NCBI RefSeq assembly: GCF_009914755.1
Contig: NC_060937.1
Direction: 5' to 3' (one strand)
Length of the DNA stretch: 64,000 bases
Source of the DNA: the human T2T-CHM13v2.0 reference genome, Homo sapiens
In this document: positions 48,636 through 63,460 of the stretch, piece after piece
Numbering within the stretch: the stretch's first letter is position 1
How the letters are laid out: every line of letters begins with the position of its first letter
The notes under the pieces: model-generated
The model's input: only the letters and a program-made list of their open reading frames with translations
Told to the model about the DNA's origin: nothing
Database searches by the model: none
Made by a program: the position numbers and the translations under genes

Positions 48636-49914
48636 CACTTAAAAATTCTATAATGGTTTCCCTTTAAAAAACAATTCTTACTGAGGCATGACATATACAG
48701 TAAAGCACCTAAATCACAAGAGCACAACTCAATGATTAAAAAAATACTGCATATACGCACAGTCACACACAGACACACATACACACTTGTAATTACTACC
48801 TAGATAAAGAATTCCCTTTTTTTGTGAATGTTATTTATTTATTCAGTGATACAATATTAAGGCAAAATGTTTAAACCCTCTTGTGCCTGTTTGTATTTAT
48901 TTCATGCAATAATAATTCCCAGTAGCCTTAACTGTTTTCAGCTATTTTTAAAATGTTGAAATGCTAATGGAAAAGTTGTATTCCACTAACATAGCTAACA
49001 TGTAGGTTAACCTAAAACAACATTTCTTTGACCTTAGAACTTCATCAATTTGGTATGGTAATAAGAGTTATCTTCTGAGAATCACAGCTCTAACTAGCAA
49101 TCATAGATACCATTTATTAGTAAAAATGTAAAACAGTTATTAAATAAGTTGTCTTTAGCTACAATGTATGTCTCTCCTTTTATTTAGTCAGTAGTTTAAA
49201 AACTTTTTTAGCTTTAACAGTAGGAGTTAATTAGGTTTTTTACTTACGCACTCTACTCACCCCCCAAGTTTTGAAATAAATGCATTTTGTTCTGTGTACA
49301 AAAGTTTCAGAAAATGGGATAACTAGCTAGCAGGAATATTGACGCCATTGTCATAGAACCATAGAATTTAGATTTGGAATCTACTTTAGGGATAATTTAG
49401 GCCAACCCGCCTCATTTAATTGGTAAAGTGAGGTAGTTGTTAAAAATATTTCCTCAGAGCACAAAGATAGCTAGAGACAAAGATAGCTAGAGATTTTTAT
49501 GTATTATGCATTGATACTTCTAAATCATCTTCAGTTTCAAATTGGAACTTTTTATTAGATGAAAAATGAATTTTTCAGATATGATGACCCTGCCTGCCAA
49601 TCTATGATTCTGTCTGGGTACCATTGCCATATTTATCTTAGTGTAGTATGTGCATATTTTACTGTCATTTGCCCACACTTTAAGAAATTAAGTGGAAAGG
49701 TGATAAATGAGGGTACTAATACTAGTGATGAGAAGTATGGGTCTAACATATGTAATATAGTAGAGATGATAGTGGAAATCATCAGGTATGTGAAATGTGG
49801 ACTGTTGTTAGCCTCAACTGAGTATTTGGTTCACACAGTTGACTATGTTCAATTTTGAAGGAAGAGAACAAAATTAAGGAAATAAAATGTTGGAAATGCC
49901 AAAAGTTCTGTCTA

Positions 49915-50231
49915 GGCCTTATGCAGTGGCTCACCCCTGTAATCTCATTGCTTTGGGAGTGCAAGTCAGGAGGATCGCTTGAGGCCATGAGTTAGAGACC
50001 AGCCGGGGCGACACAGAGAGACTACATCTCTACCAAAAAAAATTTTTTTAAATTAGCTCAGCATGGTGACATGGACCTGTGGTCCTAGCTACTCAGGAGG
50101 CTAAGCTGGGAGGATCACTTGAGCCCAGGAGTTCAGGGATGCAGTTACCTATGATCACACCATTGCACTCCAGCCTAGGCAACTGAGCAAGACCCCCATC
50201 TCTAAAAATGTTTTTTTTTTTTAAAAAAAAA
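49915..50231 (+). mobile_element. AluJ
   Basis: Diverged dimer; flanked by aaaagttct. Confidence 0.88.
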
Positions 50232-51329
50232 GTTCTAACATTGATTAAAGATATAATTAGGAATTTAGAATTTTTTAATCTCTATGGGAAAATCTGCATT
50301 CTACTTTCATTTATTTGACTTTTGCACATATTTTCTGGAAGTCTTATGTATAAAGTAGAAAACTGTGTGTATAGTTGGAGAATATCTTTTGTCTTCCTAT
50401 AGTAAATACATCTTAAGATTGTTTTTTCTCCAATTTGCACGTTTCTGGTTGGTAGGACTTTGCAATCATACTGTTTTTAAGTATATATTTTATTTCTGTT
50501 TTAATAACTCTACATTCACTATTTAGGTATAATAAAAGGTTACTTCATTCCCCCAGAATATAAATATCCTATATTCCTTTTAGCATATGGAACTTAATGA
50601 GCAATAAGATAGAGCATGTCTTCTGATTCTTTCCACACTTGTGTGGCGAGCACTCTCCTAACCTTCACATGCCCCTTCCTCAGCTCCTTTGGCCACCACT
50701 GCCACAGGATCATAGTGTCTCTGTCAGCCTCTGTTTGCCTCAGTGACATGGCACACTGAGGAGGGGCACCCCTGCTGCCCTTTTCATTCCTAGGCTGATG
50801 GACTGAAGGGCTCTGTCTCTAGGAGTGAATAAGATACCAACAAAAGCAGCTATGATAATGATATGACATATGCAGTTTCACAAACCAAGAGAAAATTATG
50901 ACAAGATGATGTTATAATAATGGCAAGAAAAACCTCTATTTCAGAGTTACAGGAAGATGCATCAATGCTCCTCTCCCTTAAAGTAGCGCATTTTACAGAA
51001 ACTTTCAGTAAAATGCCTAGAAGAGATTTTGTGATAGTGTTATATATATTTCGAGAAATCCCATGAAGTATTGTTCATGATCAAAGAAGACAAAACTTGA
51101 CATGAAGTACATGAATGCATGTCTAGTAAATGATAAGCTAGATTCTCTGTAGAAATTTGAGTTTAAAAAGCCAACAAAGAAGGTTCAGGATTAGAAAATA
51201 TTACCTTTTGTTCAAATAAAATCTAGAAATGTTTGCTAAAAAATAATAAAACAAAAATTGTTAGGAGGAATACAATTTCCAAGGTGATAAATCTGAAGGT
51301 TGGTAGTGTGTGTGTCTGTTGGGGGAGGA

Positions 51330-51343
51330 GTGGTGGTGGTGGT

Positions 51344-51376
<33 letters not shown>
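51330..51376. repeat. (TGG)n(TG)n microsatellite
   Basis: Direct reading. Confidence 0.9.
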
Positions 51377-51380
<4 letters not shown>

Positions 51381-52374
51381 CCTGTGTCTATTGAATTGCT
51401 CAAGTTCATAATACTGAAGTATATGGAAATTTACCATTTTGCCACTCAACTACCAGAGAAAGTTGTGAGTGTAATAGAAAAAATAACTGCTGGAACCTTT
51501 TTTAAATTTAAATTTCTCAATTTATATCAATGATAGAAAGCAATACTATGATTTAAAAAATAGCCTGATTCTATCAGCATAAGCCTTGGCTTTAAAAAAG
51601 CTGGTCATATACCATTCTGTTGATTGTTGTTTTTAATCCAGCACCAGATCCAGATCCAGATCCAAAGCCTTTCAAAAGGCAGATTTTGTTAGTGTTTCAA
51701 GTTATTTTGTCTTTTAGCTTATTTCTATCGCAAAGAAGCCAAATGTAATTAAAATAAACAAACAAGTAAACCATATACTGCTGACACTAACAAGACCTAA
51801 ATTAAATTAGTCTTGTAGTTATTGCATTGATTATCTCAAGGAAAAAATGAATAGATTTACAGAGAATATAACTCAAGTGGCAGATTTGTTTTCAGCATAA
51901 CGCACAACCTCTTTCTCTTCAGTAATAATATATTGTAACTGTAACAATCAAAATATCCATATGATGAGTCGTGGCTTGACAGTGACAAGTGACAATCTTA
52001 TTTTTGTTCAGCAATGTAATTTCTGTTATGAAAATATGTAAGTTTAGAATTTCAGTGGAGAAAGCAAGATGATGCTTTATCATTTTTAAATGGGATCTAA
52101 AAATAATTTAAATGTTTGAGGAAAGCTTCTTATAACATTAATTACTATAATTTAAGTAATATACAGCAAGGCTTATTCATGTATGCATTTATCACTTAGA
52201 ATGTCTTGGACTTATGTGAGACAAACTGCACAGCAGATAGAAGCATAGATTTATATACAGATGACCCAGATATTTGACAGTTTGCTTAATTGTGTTTCTT
52301 TTTAAATATATTCATAAATCAAGGCAAATTAATTCATGAAGCTTACTAAATTGTACAACTTCTTTTCCTCAAAG

Positions 52375-52474
52375 GACGCTATGTGAAACTGTAAAGGACT
52401 TCGTTGCCAAAGTAGAAAAGACGTATGACAAAACCTTGGAAAATGCCGTTGTAGCTGATGCCGTGGCCAGTAAA
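52375..52474 (+). CDS. DGKH: DGKH exon (~ex14): [33 protein letters not shown]
   Basis: ttttcctcaaag| / |gtaaga, 100 nt, phase 2-0. Confidence 0.93.
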
Positions 52475-52661
52475 GTAAGAGGGGACTCTTCAGGGCATGA
52501 GAGTTGTTTATGGACAATGCTCACATTCAACTGTGTTTCAAAGCTAAATTGATTAGGTGGTTTTCCTGCCAAAACATCTTAAATCGAGAGAAAAATTACT
52601 TTGGATCAGATCTGAGAATTTTAAAAAATATTCTATTTTATTGTTACCCTTTAATATGTAG

Positions 52662-53001
<340 letters not shown>

Positions 53002-54361
53002 ATGATTGACTGAAGGGGAGATGCATAGCAGTCAGACCACAGGGGATCCCATGCAGCTGGGCTCCAGTGGAGAAAGCAAGGTTTTCCATTTCCAAGCAGA
53101 TTTGGGCCAGTTCAGCTGTCTTCCAGCATGGTTCTTTGGATTTCCTAGACATTACAATTCTTGGTCTCTTTCAGAGTGCTGCTTCTTGCATTGCTTTTTT
53201 CTTTACAGATTTCTTTCCCCCTTTATAAACTAAAATAAGAACAGTTTACTGAATCTTAAAAACTACCATCTTTGCTTTCATTGGTTCACAACAGGGCCTT
53301 CTTACAAAAGGCTTGAGTATCTTGGGCTTGCAAAGGAATTAACTTCCCCAAATCCATGTTGGAGATGGCAGTTTAATTGAGTGGAAGAAAAAGAAAATAG
53401 AAATAAATATACATTTGAAGTTTTCTGCCTTTTTCTCTTGTCTTTCTGCTCTGTGGAGAGTTTCAGAAAATAGAAACCCTTTCTGGCCATACTTCTGTCT
53501 CTAAAGTATTTCTGCTCTAACCTTGTCTCAGCATATCATCAAAGACAAATAGATGAGGAGGAAAGGGACTGGAAATTTTATGGAGATGAAAAGTATATTG
53601 GGGGGTAGCATCAACAGCTTCAGTCCTAAATGTTTCTTCACCTCTCGTAATACAAGAAAAGCAGAAAGAAACAAGGGCTTGCCTAGTGCATGCTTTTCTT
53701 TCTGTATCCCTCTTCTTTTCCCTCCTTATCCTTGTGCATTTTCCTTCCTGCACTTTCTTTGAGCCAATAATCCCTTAGGCATTGTTCACTCCTTTGCAAA
53801 CCAAAGCTTTGAAGGGGAGTTTGCCACAACTCAGCCAGATGTGCCATTTATGACGCTCAAAATGGTGCATTAAGTCAATTACTTTTTTTAAAAAGTTGAT
53901 CCAATGTTTTGTGTAATGTATAGCAAATTTTGTGTAATTTTTTATATAAAGCATCCCTTTGTATAAAATGTCTGTTGTGTTATTTTGAGAAAAATAGCTG
54001 TATAAATATTATAAAGATGTTTTTCCCCATGAAATGGAGTCTGAGTGGCTCTGAAATTATATAATAATTGTGCCAACTTAAAAAATTATAAATTATTTCA
54101 TGTAGTAAACATCAATAAAGCCATTGTCCCTCTAAATCAAAAGCCATAATTTAAATTATAATTGTCTATCTCTACTAAATGGAGATTTTAAAATTAGCTG
54201 CTTCCAGAACCAAAACATCTACAAAATTAAAGGTGAGAATTTTGGTGTTTTTCTCTCTAGTGATTAAACTTTCAAAACATCTCTATAAAAATTTCTTGTA
54301 CTTTGTCTGCTGATCTTGATTCTTTTTGAGTATTTTTCTCATTGCCATATTTTCCTCTCAG

Positions 54362-54635
54362 TGTTCAGTCCTAAACGAGAAGCTCGAACAACTGCTGCAG
54401 GCTTTGCACACAGATTCCCAGGCTGCGCCTGTTCTCCCTGGCCTCAGCCCTCTCATTGTGGAAGAAGATGCTGTGGAATCGTCCAGTGAAGAGTCCCTGG
54501 GTGAAAGCAAAGAGCAGCTTGGGGATGACGTTACAAAACCTTCCTCCCAGAAAGCCGTCAAACCAAGGGAAATCATGTTGCGGGCAAATAGTTTAAAGAA
54601 AGCAGTGAGGCAAGTCATTGAGGAAGCCGGAAAAG
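54362..54635 (+). CDS. DGKH: DGKH exon (~ex15): [13 protein letters not shown]...[23 protein letters not shown]
   Basis: ctctcag| / |gtacac, 274 nt, phase 0-1; [12 protein letters not shown] typical of type II DGKs. Confidence 0.95.
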
Positions 54636-54987
54636 GTACACATTAACAAATTTAGCTTTGGAAGAAGTTGGCAGCATTTCTACTGCAAGCATAACGGAGT
54701 TTCCATAGTGGTCAGATTGGACACACTTTTTAAAAATAAAATTTTTAAGGCAAGATAGAAGATACAGTCATTATAAGAAAACTTGTACATAGTCTTATAT
54801 ATTGTTATGGTAGTAGTAAGAATCAGCATATTAGTGAGGAATAAAATAAAATAGCAGAAATAAATGGAAACATTTCTATCTAAAATACAAAACTAGTTTA
54901 AATGACATTTAAAAAATTTTAGATATAGTTTACTTAATTGGAATCTGTTGAATTCTTAAAGAAAATAAAACCTATAAACTACTTTGA

Positions 54988-55293
<306 letters not shown>

Positions 55294-55728
55294 AGAAAAT
55301 ATTTTCTTAACATTAATTTCCCAAATGTTTATGTTGCTTTATTAAGAGCTTATAAAAGCTCTGCCTTGTTTTAATTAATGTGTATATTAATACTTCTCAG
55401 AATTTTAGCTATAGTCTAAATGTTAATTTTAGTATGAATAATTAATGTTCAAAAACCCCTTTATAGATTGTAACTTGTAATTGTATTTCATTCTCTAAAA
55501 TTCTTATACTTTACTTGTTTATTCTGATAAAAATATAATTTTAGCAACTTTAGTTTTTGATCTTTAGTTCTTCGGACATCAACCCCAAGTTCATTGCTAA
55601 ATAGTGTTTATTTGTGAATCTGGAATTTCGTTTGGCATATGTTTCAATTTGCCTTTCCTGAGCATATCTTAATATTAATGGGCTTTATTTTCACTTATCC
55701 AAACTATTTGTCTTCTTACTACCTGAAG

Positions 55729-55851
55729 TTATGGATGACCCGACAGTTCACCCGTGTGAACCAGCTAATCAGTCCTCTGATTATGACAGCACAGAAACAG
55801 ATGAATCTAAGGAGGAAGCTAAAGATGATGGTGCCAAAGAATCAATAACTG
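55729..55851 (+). CDS. DGKH: DGKH exon (~ex16): (V)[40 protein letters not shown]
   Basis: acctgaag| / |gtgagg, 123 nt, phase 1-1; acidic linker. Confidence 0.9.
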
Positions 55852-56644
55852 GTGAGGAAACTGGGAAAAAATTATTTTGGAATTAAATAAAATGTCATTT
55901 TGCTTTTAGTTTTCAAAAGGCTGATCAGTTTGAAAAAAACTATTTGTATTTTTATTTTTGAAAAGGCTTTTTGGAAGTTAAAGCTTAGATAAATATTCAT
56001 GAATAATAAAACAATAAAGATAACACCTAGACTATTGTCCAGTACTCTCACATCCCTCTCTTATCATGTAATCTAGAGATTATAACAATAAACTAAGGAT
56101 TATAGGACTAAGGATGATTAAATATGTTGGTTTTCCTGAGGAAAGAGGAAACACCTAAATCATCTGATTTGAACCTATTATAGCTCACAGATTTCTTTGA
56201 GAATTGTAAGAAAGCTGCAGCTCTCCTAACGCTCCAAATGCAGAAAATTTGGCATTTAAGTGATTCAGCAGTCCCTTAAGTTCCATCGATCAACCTTCTG
56301 GGTTGATAGTCCTTATTAAGCTTCAAAATCATAGGACTTTAAAGCAAGCGTTAAAATCACTGGACTTCTAATTACAGCCCTTGCTTTGTCAAAACTATTT
56401 TGGTAAGGAAATGAATATGTAATTGCTTGAAGAATGTTAAATATCTTTCTACCTTTTAGATTTTAATTGAAAATGAATTTATACTTTTAATATTGTATAT
56501 TGCCTAAGGGAAAAGTTTCTAACGTACTGGAATAAAACAAAGCAGAAATTAAACTATTAATGAAGATGAGACAATATGAAAATAAATACATGGCACTTAT
56601 GAAAAGTCAGCACAATTATATCAGAATTGTTTGCAGTCATTGGG

Positions 56645-56845
56645 GGCAATAGACAATAGACATTGGGGACTACTAGAAGTGGGAGGGTAGGAATGGTAGA
56701 AAAGCTAACTATTGGGTCCTATGCTCTGTACCTTGGTGATGATATCAATCATACCCCAAACCTCCGCATCACTCAATATACTCAGATAATAAACCTGCAC
56801 ATGTCCCCCTGAATCTAAAATAAAAGTTGAAATTATAAAAAAAGA
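56645..56845 (+). mobile_element. Short L1PA16/L1PB-type 3' end
   Basis: aaacctgcacatgtccccctgaatctaaaataaaagttg + A-tail. Confidence 0.75.
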
Positions 56846-57854
56846 AATTGTCTTCATACAATGAAAAAAAACCAAATTTTTGGAGAGCTGACCATATCAG
56901 ATTAACATTTTCTGCTTGAGCTGTGGCATGATGAAGACCTTTCATTCCCCATGTTTATGGCCGATTTTTCCACAGGACTAGTAGTAGTGAGTACATTTTA
57001 AATTTTACATGTTTGAAACATCTCTTGTTAACTATGAAAAAAATTAGATAGTAGGTTTATTAATATGTTGTTGCTAAATTTATTCCAGCTTTCATATGAA
57101 GCTAAATAAGTAAAACGTAAACTTAATAAGTAAAAGAAAGGGTAGTTGATAAAGTTACTTTAAATTTAAAAACCTGTTTTTATCTTATTCTCAAAAAATT
57201 TTAAAAAATGTTTGCAATCATTAAATTTTTGCTTTTACTTTCACTACATATAAACTTGGGCAAATTTCTTAACCTCTTTTTTGTTTTCTCATCTCTAATA
57301 TGAGGATAATAATCTACCTACTTCATTGGGTTGCTGCGAAGGTTGAAAAGTTACTATAAGTAAAGTGCCTAGAATAGTGTCTGGTAGATAGTGCTGCCTG
57401 AGTGTTCACTGTCATCTTTATTGTTGTTATTTTTATTGTTACTACTGCTGCTGCTGCTGTCACTAATTACATTAACGGTGAGAGAATATTTCATTGTACT
57501 TGAGACTCTTAAAAACTTTGAAATCAGACCTCATGGACCTCACATGTTCAGCATACCACCCAATGCAGGCATGTTCTAGGACCCTTGAAGCAGATGGCCA
57601 CAAGCCTTAGGACCACTCACTTTCAATACATCCCACTCTTATGGTCAGCTCTAATTGTTAGAAAGTCATTCTTTATATTGGGCTTTCTATTTTCTCCCCT
57701 AAATTTCTACCCATGATTACAGTAATTATTAGGTTTTATGAATGATAGTTTGACAGTAACAACTACTGGCCTTTATGTAGTGTTTATGGTTAGTTTAAGG
57801 AGCAATTTCATATACATTTGACTGTATCAAAGAGGACTCTGCCTCTGGAGCTAT

Positions 57855-58003
57855 TTCTCCTCTTCCTTCTCCTCCTCCTCCTCCCTTCCTCCTCCTCCTC
57901 CTTCTTCTTCTTTTTCCTCTTCCTCTTCCTCTTCTTCTTCTTCTTCTTTTCTTTCTTCTTTCTTCTTCTTCTTCCTTCTTTCTTCTTTCTTCTTCTTGTT
58001 CTT
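57855..58003 (+). repeat. (CCT)n/(CTT)n polypyrimidine tract
   Basis: ~150 nt, almost entirely C/T. Confidence 0.92.
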
Positions 58004-59412
58004 CATGTGGCAGCCCTTAAATGATACCAAAAACAGCTTTGGTGGGATCAGATCTTCTCTCACCTTACATCTTCTTTTCCAGATGATCTGCCCTAAGGTT
58101 TCTCTACCAGTTTTTAAACTGATGATTTTAAACCTTTTGTTTTCCTTGTTGCACCCATTTGGTCAATGTTTATCTTAAAATGTGATGCACCATTTTAAAC
58201 AAAATTCTTCAGATATTTTCTGTGGTGTATTAGCACATTGGTACCCATACACTACTCATTAAGGACATTTTTGATGTTACAAAGACTACTCAAGACTTCT
58301 CTTTTAAAAACCTAATTATAGTAGTTTACACTCATCCCAATGAACTTTTATCTTTTTTATTTAGATCTATTATTTCATCCTGTGAAGCTCTTTGGAAGCT
58401 TGATTCTATCATCTTAAGTTTATTTCATCTGTGAATTTGATAAGCAGGCCTTTGATGTTTTCATCTATTAGAAAGTGTTGATTACAGCAGAGATGACAAT
58501 GGCATCCTTACTATACACTGATAATTCCTCCTAAGATGATGGCTGTTAGGAGGATTGGTTTGTCAAAGCTTATTTAATGGTTTTCCAACCGGCTATCATC
58601 CCACCTTGCCATACTCTTAAACTTGACACTTCCGTTGTGGCCTATAAAGGAAACTAAAAAATACAAATATAGTGCTGTAAATGTTGATATTGAAATAGAC
58701 AGAGATTTAGAAAAGTCTTTAATGGTACAGTATTTGGTCTTTATTTTGGCTAGTAATCTAACTTGTTGGAAATGAATAGCAATAGTGGAAGTAGAAGTAT
58801 ATGAAATACTACTTTTTGAGGCACATTTATTGTATCATCATGTAATAATTCATATGTCTGAGATGTGAGAAATACCGTATATTAATATGATTGATGAGAT
58901 GCTTTATTTAAGAAGAACCAGAAAACATTAATTTAGTTACTTGTAATGGAACATCAGTCTTAGTCATTAGTACGCTCTCTGCTTTTTGTCAGAGTTGAAC
59001 ATCAAAAAGTTGTTTTTATGAGAAATTAGCCCAGGAGTCCTATCTATTTAAAAAAGGGGTGGCTGTTCTGTTACTTTAGTGCAATGGGACTGTTTTTGAA
59101 TGAGACAATAGAGTGTAAAATTAATATAGTTAGCTTGTAATTAGTTTTAGGGAGAGTGAAGATAATTAAGTTTTAGAGTATTTTAAAATTGAGTTTGAGA
59201 ATTACTGTTTCTTAAAAATACCTACCAGTAACTCCTAAATTGGTTAAAGGTACCATTTGCTCTGCATTAACTTGCCTCAGTTTAGAGTTAAATCTTTCTT
59301 CTTCTTGTGTACTTTGAGAGTAATTATGTTTTAGAATAATTTTTTAAATGTATTGAGCTTTTACAAGAATATGATAGAACTGTTTGGGCAAATCATCATT
59401 TTGAATAAATAA

Positions 59413-59764
<352 letters not shown>

Positions 59765-60216
59765 CCTTCCATTTATTGAAGACAATGTTAAATCATGTTT
59801 CACGTGTTTGCTCTGGGAATTACATTAATTAAATTTGATCATTCACTTGATATTTATGAGACAAGGATTACATGGGTAGTGTGCATTATAATACATATGT
59901 TTCATTTTCAAAAATGGACTTCAAAAGCTTCATTTATCTTTAAGTGTGCATTGATCATATTCAAATTTTGAGTATTAGTGACCTTTAATTATGGTAGACA
60001 TCTATTTTCTACTGATATTCATTGATTTGAGATGAGGAATCAAGACTTCTTATTCCCTCCATGTAAGTCTCAAGAAAATGTAAACGATAGCTATGCATAA
60101 TATTTTCATTTCTACTGATTGATTTAAACATTATTTTATGTTTTAAATTTATAGGAACGTGCTTATTTTTATAGCTTTATCATTATCTCTTTTTAATCTG
60201 GACTTTTTGCCAACAG

Positions 60217-60348
60217 TTAAAACTGCACCTCGGTCTCCAGATGCCCGGGCAAGTTATGGCCATTCCCAAACTGATTCTGTCCCTGGTCCAGCTGTGGCAG
60301 CCAGCAAAGAAAACCTCCCTGTGCTCAATACCAGAATAATCTGCCCAG
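60217..60348 (+). CDS. DGKH: DGKH exon (~ex17): (V)[43 protein letters not shown]
   Basis: caacag| / |gtagta, 132 nt, phase 1-1. Confidence 0.93.
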
Positions 60349-60550
60349 GTAGTACAGATTCTGAAACATCGTGTATTTTTCAGTATTTCTGTGAAAAGGT
60401 GTAAGTATTTATTTCTATTACTGTGGAAACATGTTCTTAAAGATAAATATTCTTTAGTAGAATGTTCTTGTTATACTTTCAGTCAGAATCCAGGCCCTTA
60501 GATTCTTCCCTGTGTAACAGTTGCCTAGAAAGTATTAAAACACATGTTTC

Positions 60551-60850
60551 GGCCAGGTGCAGTGGCTCACACCTGTAATCGCAGCACTTTGGGAGGCCAA
60601 GATGGGCAGATCACAAGGTCAGGAGTTCGAGACAAGCCTGGCCAACACAGTGACAAGCCTGTCTCTACTAAAAATACAAAAAAATTAGCTAAGGGTAGTG
60701 GTACACCCCTGTAATCTTAGCTACTCAGGAGGCTGAGGCCCGAGAATTGCTTGAACTCGGGAGGCGGAGGGTGCGGTAAGCTGAGATCACACCACTGCAC
60801 TCCAGCCTGGGAGACAGAGTGAGACTCTGTCTCAGAAAACAAACAAACAA
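60551..60850 (+). mobile_element. AluSg-like, next to a MER5A-like relic (to ~60950)
   Basis: TSD aaaacacatgtttc; downstream ccaggaatctgcattt MER5 motif. Confidence 0.88.
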
Positions 60851-61059
60851 ACACATGTTTCTGGGCCCTGCCCTGGGAAATTATGAGTCGGTAGTTCTGG
60901 AGTGGAGTCCAGGAATCTGCATTTACTAAGTTCCCAAAGTAAGTCTGAACTTACTAAGTTCTACTACTTCTTAAGCTTTCCTTTGGTGTTTTTTTAGTCA
61001 GCATTCTGCTGAATCCTTTTGGTTTTAAGCCATGAGTCTCTCTGTAGTCATTTTTAGAC

Positions 61060-62150
61060 AACATTGATGTAAATTATTCATGATTTTGGATTAGGCAATG
61101 ATTTCTCAGATATGACAAGCACACGCCACAAAAGACAAATAAATTGGACTTCACCGAAATGAATAGTTTTGTGATTCAAAGGACACTATCGAGAAAGTGA
61201 AATGACAATTTAAGAATTTACAAATAATATATCTGATAAAGGACTAGTATCCAGAACATATAAAGAACCCTTAAAATTCAACAATAAAAAGGTAAGTATC
61301 TCACTTTTAAAATGAGAAAGGAATCTAAATAGACATTTTCCCAAAGAAAATACACAAATAGCCAGTAAATACATGAAAGGATGCTCAACATCGTTAGTCA
61401 CCAGGGGAATGCAAATTAAAACCATAATGAGGTGCCCCTTTATGCCACTAGGTTGACTGTGATCAAAATAGACAGATGATAACAAATATTGGCACAGATG
61501 TGAAGAAATTAGAACTTTCATGCATTGGTGGTAGGAATGTAAAATGGTGCAGCCATTTTAAGAATAGTTTCACAGTTCCCCAAAAAGTTAAACATAGAGT
61601 TTACATGTGACCCAGCAATTTTACTACTAGGTATACACCCAAGAGAATTGAAAATACATGTCTACACAAAAACTTGTTCATGACTATTTATAGCAGCATT
61701 CACAATAGCCCCAAAGTGGAAGCAACCCAAACATCCATCAGTTGAATGGAAGAAACAAAAGTGATATATTCATACAATGGAATATTATCTACCCATTAAA
61801 AAGAATGAAGCACTGATACATGCTATATAGAAACACTATGGAAAATGAACATAAAAGCCAAATGTAATATGACTGCATTTATATGAAATGCGCAGAATAG
61901 TCATAACGCATAGAGACAGAAAGTAGACGGTGGTTCCCAAGGACCTGGAGGTGAGGTGATCGACGGAATGGAAAATGACAGCTAGTGGGTACACCGTTAC
62001 TTTGCAGGGTAACGAAAAGGTTTTAGAATTAACAGTGATGGTTGCACAACTTTGTGTATATATTACAAACAACTGAATTATCTAAAAACTTTAAAAGGGT
62101 TAATTTTATAATATATCAGTTGTATCAGAATAGAAATATTAAAAGAAAAA
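61060..62150 (+). mobile_element. Old L1M(B/C) 3' fragment
   Basis: Sense ORF2 end / 3' UTR motifs (gggaatgcaaattaaaacc, caaagtggaagcaaccc). Confidence 0.8.
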
Positions 62151-62303
62151 AAGAAAGATCAATCTGAAACAAACTGGTTCTGGAAAGGCCTTCAGGTTTA
62201 GATGCTGTGTTTCTATTCCAACTAGGAACCTTGGGATAACCCCTCTGGAATAAAGCTGAAAGGAATATGGCTAACCCTAAAACATCTTAGAAAATATTAA
62301 CAT

Positions 62304-62598
<295 letters not shown>

Positions 62599-62998
62599 AT
62601 ACACCATGGAATACTATGCAGCCATAAAAAATGATGAGTTCATGTCCTTTGTAGGGACATGGATGAAATTGGAAACCATCATTCTCAGTAAACTATCGCA
62701 AGAACAAAAAACCAAACACCGCATATTCTCACTCATAGGTGGGAATTGAACAATGAGATCACATGGACACAGGAAGGGGAATATCACACTCTGGGGACTG
62801 TGGTGGGGTCGGGGGAGGGGGGAGGGATAGCATTGGGAGATATACCTAATGCTAGATGACACGTTAGTGGGTGCAGCGCACCAGCATGGCACATGTATAC
62901 ATATGTAACTAACCTGCACAATGTGCACATGTACCCTAAAACTTAGAGTATAATAAAAAAAAAAATTAAAAAAAAAAAAATAAATAAAAAAAAAAAAA
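62599..62998 (+). mobile_element. L1HS pre-Ta 3' fragment (~400 bp)
   Basis: gctagatgacACGttagtgg (62861-62863) and aacttaGagtataa (G62946); long A-tail. Confidence 0.92.
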
Positions 62999-63289
62999 GA
63001 AAGAAAATATTAACACTTCCCTCTAGGGCAGCTGGAGTGTGGCTCTCACCTCTCCAAACTGTTCTTTATGCTTACTAAATTTATTGTTTTCTTCATTCAT
63101 TTACTTGTTTAGACATAAGGGAAATTGGCATAAAGAAGTATGCCACAGTATATTCAAAACTATGACATTAAACGAAAGAACAAAATTCATTGTATTTGAT
63201 AATTGCCTAAACATTAAAATAATGAATAATAATAATTCCCTAAGAAGAGCATAGTGCTGAGGAAAGGAATGTTTGCTAAAGAAAGGAAT

Positions 63290-63460
63290 TGCTGGGCATG
63301 GTGGCACATGCCCTGTAGTCCCAGCTACTTGGGAGACTGAGGTGGGAGGATCGCTTGAACCCTGGGAGATGGAGGCTGCAGTGAGCTGTGATCACACCAT
63401 TGCACTCCAGCCTAGGTGAGAGAGTGAGACTCATCTCTAAAAAAAAATAAAATAAAAAGA
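63290..63460 (+). mobile_element. Alu right monomer (FRAM/AluJ)
   Basis: Right arm and A-tail. Confidence 0.82.

Noticed and set aside
57818-58063. Poly-F/L and poly-E/K ORFs
   Set aside because: Translation of the CTT/CCT tract
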